Shown in pieces: positions 22,709 to 33,769 of a DNA stretch of 64,000 nt (positions within the stretch are counted from its first letter, which is position 1; every line of letters starts with the position of its first letter). The notes beneath the pieces are model-generated. The model had not been told where the DNA came from, searched no databases, and saw nothing but the letters and a program-made list of their open reading frames with translations. Origin of the DNA: an uncultured Synechococcaceae cyanobacterium (GTDB lineage: Bacteria > Cyanobacteriota > Cyanobacteriia > PCC-6307 > Cyanobiaceae); NCBI GenBank assembly GCA_902537275.1, contig CACBAW010000001.1, positions 18,313 through 82,312 on the forward strand, written 5' to 3'. The position numbers and the translations under genes were made by a program.

Positions 22709-23764
22709 ATGAATGTTGCAATAGTAGGTGCTACTGGTTACGGCGGTATTCAAGCGGTAAATCTTTTAAAGAAAAATAAAAATTACAAAATTTCATTCTT
22801 AGGAGGTAATAAAACATCTGGATCAAAGTGGAATGATAATTTCCCCTTTATTCATTTAGATAATGATCCTTATATAGAAGAAATTTCAGTAGATAACATT
22901 TCAAAAAATTCAGATTTTGCATTGCTTTGCTTACCAAATGGTCTGTCTTCAACATTGACAAGGAAATTATTAGATAGAGGAGTTAAAGTTATTGATTTAT
23001 CTGCTGATTATAGATATAAGTCATTAGATGAATGGAAAAAAGTATATTCCAAAGAAGCTGCTATTTATAAAAGGAATGATGATGATTTATGTAAAGAGGC
23101 AGTCTACGGTCTTCCTGAAATAAATAATGAAACCATTTCAAAAGGAAGATTAATTGCATGTCCTGGATGTTATCCAACATCTGCTCTTATTCCATTAGCT
23201 CCTTATCTTTCGCAAGGAATTATTGAAAATGAAGGAATAGTGATTGATTCTAAAAGTGGAACCTCTGGAGGTGGTCGAGAACCAAACCAAAAGCTACTTT
23301 TATCAGAATGTGGAGAGGGTCTTTCAGCATATGGATTGATAAACCATAGACATACCTCAGAGATAGAGCAGATGGCTTCTTTTATTTCTGGAAATAAAAT
23401 TGAACTCCTTTTTACACCTCATTTGGTTCCAATTTCAAGAGGTATGCATACGACTATATATGGGAGATTAAGAGATCCAGGACTAACTTCTGATGATTGC
23501 AGAATTCTTTTGGATAATTATTATAGAAATTTCAAAAATATTAAAGTCTTACCCGTAGATACGTTCCCATCAACAAAATGGGTTAAAAATACAAATCAAA
23601 TTCTCCTCTCTGTTAAAGTTGATATTCGAAACGGAAGGATAGTTATATTATCTGTAATTGATAATTTATTAAAAGGACAGTCTGGGCAAGCAATTCAAAA
23701 TTTAAATATTATGAGTGGATTTTCCATGGATGAAGGTCTTGAGTTAACTAATAATTTTCCCTAA
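22709..23764 (+). CDS. argC: N-acetyl-gamma-glutamyl-phosphate reductase
   Basis: GATGYGG, DLSADYR, PGCYPT, DNLLKG. Confidence 0.96.
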   Translation: MNVAIVGATGYGGIQAVNLLKKNKNYKISFLGGNKTSGSKWNDNFPFIHLDNDPYIEEISVDNISKNSDFALLCLPNGLSSTLTRKLLDRGVKVIDLSADYRYKSLDEWKKVYSKEAAIYKRNDDDLCKEAVYGLPEINNETISKGRLIACPGCYPTSALIPLAPYLSQGIIENEGIVIDSKSGTSGGGREPNQKLLLSECGEGLSAYGLINHRHTSEIEQMASFISGNKIELLFTPHLVPISRGMHTTIYGRLRDPGLTSDDCRILLDNYYRNFKNIKVLPVDTFPSTKWVKNTNQILLSVKVDIRNGRIVILSVIDNLLKGQSGQAIQNLNIMSGFSMDEGLELTNNFP

Positions 23765-24404
23765 AATTACTTCTTATCAAAAAACCAGCTAGAGAGATTG
23801 AGTGAGGTAAAATTTTATGCTCAAGCATTTGTATTCTTTTGGAAAGTGATTCAATATCATCATCCTCCCTAATTGACAATGCAGCTTGCATTATCAATGA
23901 TCCACTATCTACCTCCTCTTCAACAAAATGTACGGAACAACCAGTTATTTTTGAACCATTTAATATAGAGTCCTTTATCGCAGAACCACCTTTATATGCC
24001 GGAAGTAATGAAGGGTGAATATTTATTATCTTATTCTTAAATTCATTAATAAAAAATGGTGTAACAATTTTCATCCAGCCTGCCATAACCACAAGTTCAA
24101 CATCGAAATGAATTAAAGTATTTACGATTTCTAATTCAAATGCCTCTTTTTGCAGATAGTCTTTGCCTCTTATAATTTTGTGAGGTATTTTATTACTTTT
24201 AGCTCTCTTTATACAACCTGCATCATCTTTGTTAGTTATTAGAACTTTTATATCTATATCTAATTCTCCTCTTTCTGAGAGATTAATTAATTCCTGAAAG
24301 TTTGTTCCTTTCCCAGAAGCAAGTACTCCAATTTTTAATTTTGGGGAAAATCTTCTAAATTCAGATATCTTAGGAGAAATTATGTAATTAAATGATCTAT
24401 CCAA
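23748..24404 (-). CDS. purN: phosphoribosylglycinamide formyltransferase
   Basis: LASGKGTN, INIHPSLLP, GCSVHFV. Confidence 0.96.
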   Translation of the reverse strand: MDRSFNYIISPKISEFRRFSPKLKIGVLASGKGTNFQELINLSERGELDIDIKVLITNKDDAGCIKRAKSNKIPHKIIRGKDYLQKEAFELEIVNTLIHFDVELVVMAGWMKIVTPFFINEFKNKIINIHPSLLPAYKGGSAIKDSILNGSKITGCSVHFVEEEVDSGSLIMQAALSIREDDDIESLSKRIQMLEHKILPHSISLAGFLIRSNFRENY

Positions 24405-24589
24405 AGTTTTTTATTTTTTCCAATGATAAATTCATATGAAATAAAAAAAACCCTCAATTTTAATTGTTTATATTCAAAAACATATTTATTTGAAGATAAT
24501 AATTTAAACAAATTTAAATTATTCAAATCTATGTACTATTCGTATAGATATAATAATTGAATAATAAATAAAAGAAACAAATATATAAA

Positions 24590-26173
24590 ATGAATAGAGA
24601 TTTAAACTCTTGGGATAAATTTTGTAATTATCTTTGGTTTGATAAAAAATTAAATATTTGGTTAGACATAAGCAAAATTAATTTTACAAGTAATGATATA
24701 AAAAATTTAGAAGATAAATTTATAGATGTTTTTTATTCAATAAAAGAATTAGAAAATGGTGCAATATCAAATATTGATGAAAATAGACAAGTTGGACATT
24801 ATTGGCTTAGAAATCCATTAATTTCACCCTCTTCAAAAATAGGAGAGGAAATAAGAGAAGATATTAATGCAATCTCTGAATTTGGAAAACAAATTTTAAA
24901 TGGAGATATTAAGAATAAGAATAATCAGCAGTATACTGATGTTCTATGGATCGGAATTGGTGGAAGTGGATTAGGACCATTACTTATTACAGAGTCATTG
25001 CAGAAGTGTTCTAGAGGCCTAAATTTTTCTTATATCGATAATGTTGATCCTTTTTTAATTAGCGAAAAGTTAGAAGAGTTATCTGAAAAATTAACAACAA
25101 CATTATTTGTAGTAGTAAGCAAATCAGGTGGTACTCCTGAACCTAGAATTGCTATGGAAATTATTAAAAGTCACTGCGATAACAATTCTCTTGAATGGAA
25201 TTCTAATGCTATAGCTATAACAATGAAAGATAGTAAGTTATTTAAAAAAGCCACTTCTGAAAATTGGTTAAAAATATTTAATTTACAAGATTGGGTTGGA
25301 GGAAGAACAAGTATTACAAGCTCTGTGGGATTACTTCCATTAGCTCTTATTAATGAAAATATATTTGAATTTATTAGAGGGGCATCAGTAATGGATGAGG
25401 CCACACGTATAAGTGATTTTAAAAAAAATCCCGCAGCATTATTATCATCTGCATGGTATTTAACTGGGGATGGTATTGGAAAGAGAGATATGGTCGTATT
25501 ACCTTATAGAGATAGGTTACAGGTATTTAGTAAATATCTCCAACAATTAGTAATGGAATCATTAGGTAAGAAATTTAATAGGAATGGTGAAATAGTTAAT
25601 CAAGGTATTTCCGTATTTGGTAATAAAGGATCTACAGATCAACATGCTTATGTTCAGCAACTGAGAGATGGTATTGATAATTTCTTTTGTATTTTTATTG
25701 AATTATTAGATTCTCCATCTACTAATATTTTTGATGAACAAGAGAATCCTAAAGAATATCTTTCAGGTTTTTTGCAAGGTACCAGATCAGCACTCTCTAG
25801 TGAAAACAGACAAAGTATCACTATTACGTTAGAAAAGTTAAATTGTTTTTCACTAGGTGCCTTAATCGCTTTATTTGAGAGAGCTGTTTCCTTCTACGCT
25901 GAATTGGTAAATATAAATGCATATGATCAACCTGGAGTTGAAGCTGGAAAGAAAGCAGCAGCAAATATTATTGAGTATCAACAAAAAGTAAGTAATTTAT
26001 TAGATGAAGGTGGAGAATATTCTATAAATGACATTACATCAATATTTGATAATTCAGTGAGTGAACCTATATTTTTCATACTTCGTGAAATGTGTTTCGG
26101 TAATGATAATTATTTAGTTAAGGGCGATTGGTCAAATCCAAATTCATTAGTTATTCAAAAAATAAATTCTTAA
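24590..26173 (+). CDS. pgi: glucose-6-phosphate isomerase
   Basis: [34 protein letters not shown]. Confidence 0.97.
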   Translation: MNRDLNSWDKFCNYLWFDKKLNIWLDISKINFTSNDIKNLEDKFIDVFYSIKELENGAISNIDENRQVGHYWLRNPLISPSSKIGEEIREDINAISEFGKQILNGDIKNKNNQQYTDVLWIGIGGSGLGPLLITESLQKCSRGLNFSYIDNVDPFLISEKLEELSEKLTTTLFVVVSKSGGTPEPRIAMEIIKSHCDNNSLEWNSNAIAITMKDSKLFKKATSENWLKIFNLQDWVGGRTSITSSVGLLPLALINENIFEFIRGASVMDEATRISDFKKNPAALLSSAWYLTGDGIGKRDMVVLPYRDRLQVFSKYLQQLVMESLGKKFNRNGEIVNQGISVFGNKGSTDQHAYVQQLRDGIDNFFCIFIELLDSPSTNIFDEQENPKEYLSGFLQGTRSALSSENRQSITITLEKLNCFSLGALIALFERAVSFYAELVNINAYDQPGVEAGKKAAANIIEYQQKVSNLLDEGGEYSINDITSIFDNSVSEPIFFILREMCFGNDNYLVKGDWSNPNSLVIQKINS

Positions 26174-28740
26174 ACAACAATATTTATAATTTTTCCTTTA
26201 ACAATAATTATTTTTCTTATTTCCTTATCTTGAGTCCATTTTAGTATGTTAGGTCTTTTAAGAGTCAATTCTTTAATTTGATCTTCACTCATATCATTAT
26301 TAATATTTACTCTGTCTCTAACTTTTCCATTCACTTGTATTACTAGTTCATATGAATCTTCCTTTAAAGCCTCGGCATTAAATGAAGGCCATTGTTCTAT
26401 ATGCACAGATTTTTTAAATCCTATAAGATTCCATATTTCTTCTGCAATATGAGGTGCAAATGGGGCCAACAAAATACAAAATGTTTTTAAAGCATCAATT
26501 TTTAAATTATTGTTTACGTCATTAATGGAATTTGATAATGAATTATAAAACTTCATTAATTCTGAAATAGCAGTATTAAATTGGTTATTTACTATGTCAT
26601 TTGAAATTTCTTTTATAGCGATATTCATTGACTTTATTAAACTTTTTTCTTTATCTGGATAGGAATTAGATTTACTATTTATATCTTTTGCACAAGTTAT
26701 ATAAAGCTTCCATATCCTACTTAAAAATCTAAATTGTCCTTCAACATCTGTATCTCCCCATTCCAAATCTTTTTCTGGCGGTGCTTTAAATAATATAAAC
26801 ATTCTTGCTGTATCTGCTCCATATTTTTTAATTACTGATTCAGGATCTATTCCATTATATTTTGACTTAGACATCTTCTCGAAAAGAACTTCGAGTTTTG
26901 TATTGTCAATTGGATCTGTAGGATTTGATAAGTCATTAATATCCGAAGGAGAAACATATTTACCCGTTTTATTGTTTTTATAGGCTGCGGCCTGAACCAT
27001 TCCTTGCGTTAATAGCTTTTTAAATGGTTCATCAATTTCAAATAGTTTATTATCCCGCAAAGCTTTAGTGAAAAATCTTGCATATAACAAATGCAATATT
27101 GCATGCTCTACTCCTCCAACATATTGATCTACAGGCAACCACTTATTAATTTCAATCTTTTCAAATGGTTTATTTGAACATTTTGATGATGGATATCTTA
27201 AAAAATACCATGATGAACACATAAAAGTGTCCATAGTATCAGTTTCTTTTGTTGCCGCTATTCCACATTTTGGACATGTTGTATTTATCCAATTATTATT
27301 ATCACCTAGAGCATTAATCTTGTTACCCGAGAAATCTATATCTTTTGGTAATGCAACAGGTAATTCCGATTGATTTAAAGGAACAGATCCACATTTTTTG
27401 CAATTAACGATGGGAATCGGACATCCCCAATATCTTTGTCTAGATATTAACCAATCTCTTAAACGATATTGAATTTTATTTTCAGCCCATCCATTATTTA
27501 CTCCGTCCTCTGAAATTCTTAATTTAGCAATAGAATTTGATATACCATCGTATTGATTTGAATTAATAAGATATCCATTTTCTACATAAGCATCATCAAG
27601 CTCTTTAATTGGTTCACTTTTATCTTTTATTATTACCTGTTTAATATCAATATTATTTTTCTTAGCAAATTCAAAATCCCTTAGATCATGTGCAGGCACT
27701 CCCATAACAGCACCTGTACCGTATTCATCAAGAACATAGCTTGCCACCCAAATCGGTATTTGTTCAGAATTAACTGGATTTATAGCTATTAAGCTAGTTT
27801 TTATACCAATTTTTTCAAGTTCATTATTATTATTATTTTTCAAATATTGTTTAAGATTTTCTATATCTTGTATGGTTTCTTGATCAGAAATTTTATTAAT
27901 TAATGAATGATTAACAGAAATTGCTAAATAAGTAACTCCAAATAAAGTATCTGGCCTTGTTGTAAATACAGTTATTTTCTTTTCTGGATTGGTATTGATA
28001 TTGAAATTAATATTTGTACCAATTGACTTTCCAATCCAATTATCTTGCATTATTTTTACTCTTTCTGGCCAGTTATCTAATTTTTCTAAATCCTTCAATA
28101 ACTCATCCGCATAATTAGTAATTCTTAAAAACCATTGCTTTAATAATTTTTTTTCAACTACTGCCCCAGATCTCCAAGATTTACCCTCTGAGTCAACTTG
28201 TTCATTCGCTAGGACTGTATTATCTATAGGATCCCAATTAACTTCTGATTCCTTTTGATATACAAGACCTGCCTTGTATAACTCTAAAAATAGATATTGA
28301 GTCCAAATATAATAATTTTCATCACATGTTGCGAATTCCCTATCCCAATCAACTGATAGTCCCAATAACTTTAATTGTGACTTCATATGAGAAATATTTT
28401 TTTTAGTCCAGACACTTGGACTAATTCCTCTTTCAATCGCAGCATTTTCTGCTGGCAACCCAAAAGCGTCCCAACCCATTGGATGTAAAACAGATTTGCC
28501 CTTAAACCTTTGGAATCGAGCTATTAAGTCTGTAATAACATAATTCCTAACATGTCCCATATGAAGATTACCTGAAGGGTAGGGAAACATTGATAAGGCA
28601 TAAAATTTATCGCTATTCTCAGTTAATTCATCGGTTTTGTATAAATTGTTTTCTGTCCATATTGACTGCCACTTTTTTTCTATTTCAGATGGATTATATA
28701 AATTGGTATCAACCTCATATTGTTTATCGGGAGAAATCAC
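26170..28740 (-). CDS. leuS: leucine--tRNA ligase
   Basis: MFPYPSG.LHMGH, TTRPDT, KMSKS. Confidence 0.98.
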   Translation of the reverse strand: MISPDKQYEVDTNLYNPSEIEKKWQSIWTENNLYKTDELTENSDKFYALSMFPYPSGNLHMGHVRNYVITDLIARFQRFKGKSVLHPMGWDAFGLPAENAAIERGISPSVWTKKNISHMKSQLKLLGLSVDWDREFATCDENYYIWTQYLFLELYKAGLVYQKESEVNWDPIDNTVLANEQVDSEGKSWRSGAVVEKKLLKQWFLRITNYADELLKDLEKLDNWPERVKIMQDNWIGKSIGTNINFNINTNPEKKITVFTTRPDTLFGVTYLAISVNHSLINKISDQETIQDIENLKQYLKNNNNNELEKIGIKTSLIAINPVNSEQIPIWVASYVLDEYGTGAVMGVPAHDLRDFEFAKKNNIDIKQVIIKDKSEPIKELDDAYVENGYLINSNQYDGISNSIAKLRISEDGVNNGWAENKIQYRLRDWLISRQRYWGCPIPIVNCKKCGSVPLNQSELPVALPKDIDFSGNKINALGDNNNWINTTCPKCGIAATKETDTMDTFMCSSWYFLRYPSSKCSNKPFEKIEINKWLPVDQYVGGVEHAILHLLYARFFTKALRDNKLFEIDEPFKKLLTQGMVQAAAYKNNKTGKYVSPSDINDLSNPTDPIDNTKLEVLFEKMSKSKYNGIDPESVIKKYGADTARMFILFKAPPEKDLEWGDTDVEGQFRFLSRIWKLYITCAKDINSKSNSYPDKEKSLIKSMNIAIKEISNDIVNNQFNTAISELMKFYNSLSNSINDVNNNLKIDALKTFCILLAPFAPHIAEEIWNLIGFKKSVHIEQWPSFNAEALKEDSYELVIQVNGKVRDRVNINNDMSEDQIKELTLKRPNILKWTQDKEIRKIIIVKGKIINIVV

Positions 28741-28847
28741 TTAATTTGAATTTGCTAAATTATTATTTTAATATCCATTGTATAAAATAGAAATAGATTG
28801 TTAAAAGGAATAATTTATAATTAAAATTTAAAATATATTATCTAAAC

Positions 28848-29708
28848 ATGAAAAATATTACTTTTGAAAAATATCAAGGTAACGGAAATGATTTCGTAAT
28901 ATTAGATTCTAGAGGAAATGAATTATATAAAAATTACAAGACAAATAAAATATTTGATATAAAAAAAATTTGCAACAGGCAATTTGGTGTTGGAGCAGAT
29001 GGTGTGATTTTTATAGAAGAACCTAATGAAGAAAATTATGCAAAAATGATAATTTTTAATTCAGATGGTTCTGAAGCACAAATGTGTGGAAACGGAATTA
29101 GGTGTTTAGTTGAGTATCTCCACCTAAATGATTCAATGAATAATAAAAATATAGAATATAAAATTGAGACTAAAGCAGGTATAAAAATTGCAAAATATAT
29201 AAATGATGAAATTACAGTAACAATGGGAGTTCCAATTTTAGAATGTAAAAATATTCCAACAACAATTGAAAAAAAAATAAATTCAATTCCTTCACACGAA
29301 TTTATTGAGAAAGATTTTAATAATATGGGTTATGCAGTAGGAATGGGAAATCCTCATTTAATATTCTTTGTAAAAGACATAGAGTCAATTGTTCTTTCCA
29401 GACTTGGTCCTATATTTGAAAAAAATGAATTATTTCCTGAAAAAACTAATGTGCATTTTTGTCAAATTTTAAATAGAGATAATATCAAAGTAAAAGTATG
29501 GGAAAGGGGTGCAGGACCAACCTTAGCTTGTGGAACAGGTGCCTGTGCTATCCATGTAGCAGCTTATAAATTAGGCCTTTGTAATTCACAAACCATTGTA
29601 ACTTTACCAGGAGGTAATCTTAAAATTAATTGGTCAAAAGACGATTGTGAAGTAATGATGACCGGTAATGCTAAAAAGGTTTTCTCAGGATCAATGTTAG
29701 TAAATTAA
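28848..29708 (+). CDS. dapF: diaminopimelate epimerase
   Basis: GNGNDF, MCGNGIRC, ERGAGPTLACGTG. Confidence 0.97.
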   Translation: MKNITFEKYQGNGNDFVILDSRGNELYKNYKTNKIFDIKKICNRQFGVGADGVIFIEEPNEENYAKMIIFNSDGSEAQMCGNGIRCLVEYLHLNDSMNNKNIEYKIETKAGIKIAKYINDEITVTMGVPILECKNIPTTIEKKINSIPSHEFIEKDFNNMGYAVGMGNPHLIFFVKDIESIVLSRLGPIFEKNELFPEKTNVHFCQILNRDNIKVKVWERGAGPTLACGTGACAIHVAAYKLGLCNSQTIVTLPGGNLKINWSKDDCEVMMTGNAKKVFSGSMLVN

Positions 29709-30880
29709 TGGAAAATAATTTTATCTATTTAGATAATGCATCCACAACTCCGTTATCTGAGAATGTTTTAAATATAATTAATTCAACTTATAGGAATTAT
29801 TGGCATAACCCTTCATCTACATATGAGCTAGGGATAAAATGCTCTACATATCTTGAAAAAATTAGATCTAAAATTGCTTATATATTTGAAGCAGATCCAG
29901 AGGATATAATTTTTACATCTGGTTCTTCGGAATCGACAAATATTGTATTTAATAATATTTATGAGAAATTTAAAAATGGTAGGGTTGTAATTTCAAATGT
30001 TGAACATCAAGCAACAACTATTTGTGCTAATAAACTAAGAAAACAAAATTGGGATATTTACGAATGGAAGGTAAATAATGATGGAATTTTAAATATTTTT
30101 AATATCGAAAAATTTTTAAACAATGATACTAAGCTTGTATCAATTATTTGGGGACAAAGTGAAATTGGGACAATACAACCTGTCCAATTTATTGGTTCCA
30201 AATGTGAAGAATTAAATATAATGTTTCATTTAGATGGAACTCAAATATTAAGTAATGGAATATTCAGTTGGAAAGATCTTAAATGTGATTTTTTAAGTTT
30301 ATCCGCTCATAAATTTGGAGGTCCAAAAGGGATCGGTATTCTTTTAACAAAAGAAAAGTCTAGACAAATTTTAAAAAATAATGACATATCACTTACTCAG
30401 GAATTTTCAATTAGACAAGGTACACAGGCTTTGCCATTAATCGCTGGAATGTATGAATCATTAAAGAATATTGAAGGAAAAATAAAATTATATGATTACA
30501 TAACTGAATTTCCTTCTAATAATATTAATAAACTTAAAAATTATTTTTTTCAAAGAATTAAAGATAATAATCATATAAAGATTACGGGTAGTATTAACCA
30601 TAGACTCCCGAGTCATATTTCTTTTCTACTATTAAATAAACTATTTGAGCCTATAAGGGCCTATAAGATTGTTAATTTCATGTCAGAAAATAAAATAGCC
30701 ATAAGTAGTGGAAGTGCTTGTTCAAGCTCATCTGGGAAACCTAGCTCAACACTTAAAAATATTGGTTTAAAAGATGATGAACTATATTCAAATATTCGTG
30801 TTACTTTAGGTTCAATAAACAATAAGGCAGAAATAGATAAATTTTTAGAACTTATTCAAATATGTATTGACAAATTTTAA
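29708..30880 (+). CDS. cysteine desulfurase, IscS/NifS class
   Basis: YLDNASTT, SAHKFGGPKG, SSGSACSS. Confidence 0.92.
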   Translation: MENNFIYLDNASTTPLSENVLNIINSTYRNYWHNPSSTYELGIKCSTYLEKIRSKIAYIFEADPEDIIFTSGSSESTNIVFNNIYEKFKNGRVVISNVEHQATTICANKLRKQNWDIYEWKVNNDGILNIFNIEKFLNNDTKLVSIIWGQSEIGTIQPVQFIGSKCEELNIMFHLDGTQILSNGIFSWKDLKCDFLSLSAHKFGGPKGIGILLTKEKSRQILKNNDISLTQEFSIRQGTQALPLIAGMYESLKNIEGKIKLYDYITEFPSNNINKLKNYFFQRIKDNNHIKITGSINHRLPSHISFLLLNKLFEPIRAYKIVNFMSENKIAISSGSACSSSSGKPSSTLKNIGLKDDELYSNIRVTLGSINNKAEIDKFLELIQICIDKF

Positions 30881-31506
30881 TGGAAACCAATTACAGACTA
30901 CCTAAAGATTTTAATGAATCTCTTAAGAATATGGAGGATGCAATTATTCCAAGTTTAATAGATTCGAATAAAAGATTTACTATAGAATTTAATTTTGAGG
31001 GGTTGAAGTTTAACAGAATTGGAATAACAATCTACAAGATATTGTCTAAAAATAATAATGTATTCATAACATTTGCTGATCAAGGTGCTGTGGCTTTGGC
31101 TCAAAGAGACTATCCAGATATCAAAGATAAAATCTTTACTTTTAAATCATTTAATGAATCAAAAAATATAAATAATATTGATAGTGCAATGATATCGATA
31201 CTACCTCAGCCATATGATTTCGATTCATTTGAACCAATGTCTGATAATTATCAAGGTAAGCATTATTCATTAAATCCAAAATTTGAAGATGCCAATATTG
31301 GTATAGGAAGTGTCATTAGAGAGCGACGTAAAAACTTTGTCAAAACATGGAAAAATATTTATTATCTGCAGCCTTTAAATAAAGCTGCTCTTATGCATAT
31401 TTATCCAAATAACTGGTTACTTTTCAAAGAAGAAAATAAAAGATATTTTTTTAAAAAAGAATTTGATATTAAACCCGACAATGAATCTATTTTTGTAAAT
31501 TTATAG
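30880..31506 (+). CDS. DUF1995-type conserved cyanobacterial protein
   Basis: DQGAVALAQRD, GIGSVIRERRKNF, YYLQPL. Confidence 0.78.
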   Translation: METNYRLPKDFNESLKNMEDAIIPSLIDSNKRFTIEFNFEGLKFNRIGITIYKILSKNNNVFITFADQGAVALAQRDYPDIKDKIFTFKSFNESKNINNIDSAMISILPQPYDFDSFEPMSDNYQGKHYSLNPKFEDANIGIGSVIRERRKNFVKTWKNIYYLQPLNKAALMHIYPNNWLLFKEENKRYFFKKEFDIKPDNESIFVNL

Positions 31507-31507
31507 A

Positions 31508-32731
31508 TTGAATGTGATAAAAAAAATATATTCATTTTTCTTTATTGTTCTTGTATTAGTAACATCGCCTTTTTTAATAAGATATTTACTAGCAAAACAG
31601 AAAATAACTATTTTAAATAGTATTTATTTTAATTTCTCGGGAATAATTACTAAAAACAAAATATGTCCTACTTATGATGCTTTATTGAATCAAACGCTTG
31701 ATGATTCTTTTAGTGTATCAATTATTAATAATAAAGGGGAAATAATAAGTTCCTACAATGAGGATGTTCCAAGGTTGCCAGCATCTAACCAAAAATTATT
31801 CTCATCAGCTTATGTTTTAAGTAAATATAAATTAAATAATAATTTAAAAACTTCCTTATTTAAAAATAAAAACGATTATTATTTACACGGTCAAGGTGAT
31901 CCAGATCTTAATTATGAACATATAATCGAACTAATTTCAAATGTTAAAGAAAATAATATTATTAACTTTAATATTGTAGAAATTGATTCAAAATTATATT
32001 GGCCTAATGGTTGGACAAAGACTGATAAACTTTACGAATATGGATCTCCAATTACATCTCTTGCAATAGAAAGTAATCACAATAAATATGATGATATTTA
32101 TACATTAAAAAATTTTATTAAAAATTATTTAAAAAATAAATTTCCAAATTCAAAAATAAATATAGATTTTTTTGATTCAGAAAAAACTTTTTATTTAAAA
32201 AATATTAAAGAGATAAATAAAGTATATTCAACTCCAATTCTTTCACTATTAACTCTAACAAATTCTGAAAGCCATAATTTTACGGCTGAATCTCTTTTTA
32301 AAAATGCCTCAAATACATGGAACGATAATAACTATATAAAATTGAAAAGATGGCTTGAAAATAAAGGCCTCCCAGTAACTAATACATACTTTGCAGATGC
32401 TAGTGGATTGTCTCGAAAAAATAAAATTACAACAAAGTTAGTTGTATTGTTTTTAGATAAAATGAGATATTTTAATGATTTTAAAGCTTATCAATCTACA
32501 CTTTCAATTACAGGAGTAAGAGGAACATTAGCTAAAAGATTTGTAAATAGTGAATTGTCTGGAAAGTTTTTTGGCAAAACTGGGACTCTTTCAAATGTCT
32601 TTGCATTATCTGGCTTTTTATATAAAAATGACAATCCAACAATTATAAGCATTATCCAAAATTCTAATAAAATTGATAAAGAAAAAGCTTTTAAATTATT
32701 ACGTGATCTTTATTACTTGAAATCCTGTTAA
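31508..32731 (+). CDS. dacB: D-Ala-D-Ala carboxypeptidase/endopeptidase (PBP4, S13 family)
   Basis: PASNQK (SxxK), SHN (SxN), DASGLSR, KTG. Confidence 0.92.
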   Translation: MNVIKKIYSFFFIVLVLVTSPFLIRYLLAKQKITILNSIYFNFSGIITKNKICPTYDALLNQTLDDSFSVSIINNKGEIISSYNEDVPRLPASNQKLFSSAYVLSKYKLNNNLKTSLFKNKNDYYLHGQGDPDLNYEHIIELISNVKENNIINFNIVEIDSKLYWPNGWTKTDKLYEYGSPITSLAIESNHNKYDDIYTLKNFIKNYLKNKFPNSKINIDFFDSEKTFYLKNIKEINKVYSTPILSLLTLTNSESHNFTAESLFKNASNTWNDNNYIKLKRWLENKGLPVTNTYFADASGLSRKNKITTKLVVLFLDKMRYFNDFKAYQSTLSITGVRGTLAKRFVNSELSGKFFGKTGTLSNVFALSGFLYKNDNPTIISIIQNSNKIDKEKAFKLLRDLYYLKSC

Positions 32732-32738
32732 AAAAATA

Positions 32739-33212
32739 TTATTTAAAATATTCTTTTAAATCCCTCTCAACAGAGGGGGGTACCATGTGATTAATTTCAC
32801 CACCAAATTTTGCAACTTCTTTTACTAAAGAACTACTAAGAAAACTATAATTTGTATTTGTCGATAAAAATATAGTTTCAATATCATTATTAAGAGATTT
32901 ATTTGTATGAGCAATCTGAAGTTCATACTCAAAATCACTCATTGCTCTTAAGCCTCTAAGAATAAGATTAGCTTTTAAATCATTGGCACAATCAACAGTT
33001 AGACCAGAATAAGAAATAACTTCAATATTAGGTAAATGAGAAAGAGAATTTTGTATTTGTATTATTCTTCTTTCAAGATTAAATGTTGGTGTTTTAGAGG
33101 TATTTTCTAAAACAGCAACTACTAGATTGCCAAATATTTTTTCAGCCCTTTCTATTAAATCAAGATGCCCATTTGTTAAAGGATCAAATGTACCTGGATA
33201 AAGAATTTTCAT
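32739..33212 (-). CDS. coaD: pantetheine-phosphate adenylyltransferase
   Basis: [24 protein letters not shown]. Confidence 0.97.
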   Translation of the reverse strand: MKILYPGTFDPLTNGHLDLIERAEKIFGNLVVAVLENTSKTPTFNLERRIIQIQNSLSHLPNIEVISYSGLTVDCANDLKANLILRGLRAMSDFEYELQIAHTNKSLNNDIETIFLSTNTNYSFLSSSLVKEVAKFGGEINHMVPPSVERDLKEYFK

Positions 33213-33271
33213 GAATTTATTATGATCGAATAAGAAATTTAGTTAAAATAAGATTATTAGTTAAATCAATT

Positions 33272-33760
33272 ATGACATTAAATCTAGAAGCAAAAAAAAT
33301 CTTATTAAGAAAAATACCTCACGGATTATTTATTTGTGGCGTTAGAGACGAGGATAAAAATGAAGTGAATGGATTTACTGCAAGTTGGGTGACTCAAGGT
33401 TCTTTTACCCCACCATTAGTTGTAATGGCTGTTAGAGCAGAGGGTTCTAGTCATGAAATAATAAAGTCAACCAATAAGTTCTCATTAAATGTGCTTAAAA
33501 GTGATCAAAAGGATCTAGCAGCTGTTTTCTTCAAACCTCAAAAAGCATTAGGAGGTAGATTTGAATCTGTAGAATTTAATTTAGGTGAGCTTGGATTGCC
33601 AATTTTAGTTGATAGTGTTGGTGGTGTTGAATGTAATGTTGTTGGAAATGTTATGCATGGAGACCATACCGTTTTTGTAGGAGAGGTTCAATCTGCTTAT
33701 CTGAATAATGATGTTGACTCACTAAATTTATCTTCAACTGGCTGGAATTATGGAGGTTAA
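33272..33760 (+). CDS. flavin reductase family protein
   Basis: NGFTASWVTQGSFTPPL, GDHTVFVGEV. Confidence 0.92.
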   Translation: MTLNLEAKKILLRKIPHGLFICGVRDEDKNEVNGFTASWVTQGSFTPPLVVMAVRAEGSSHEIIKSTNKFSLNVLKSDQKDLAAVFFKPQKALGGRFESVEFNLGELGLPILVDSVGGVECNVVGNVMHGDHTVFVGEVQSAYLNNDVDSLNLSSTGWNYGG

Positions 33761-33769
33761 CCATTATAA

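Noticed and set aside
27822-27840. Short (ATT)n run in leuS encoding NNNNN
   Set aside because: In-frame low-complexity tract typical of AT-rich genomes; similar runs occur throughout
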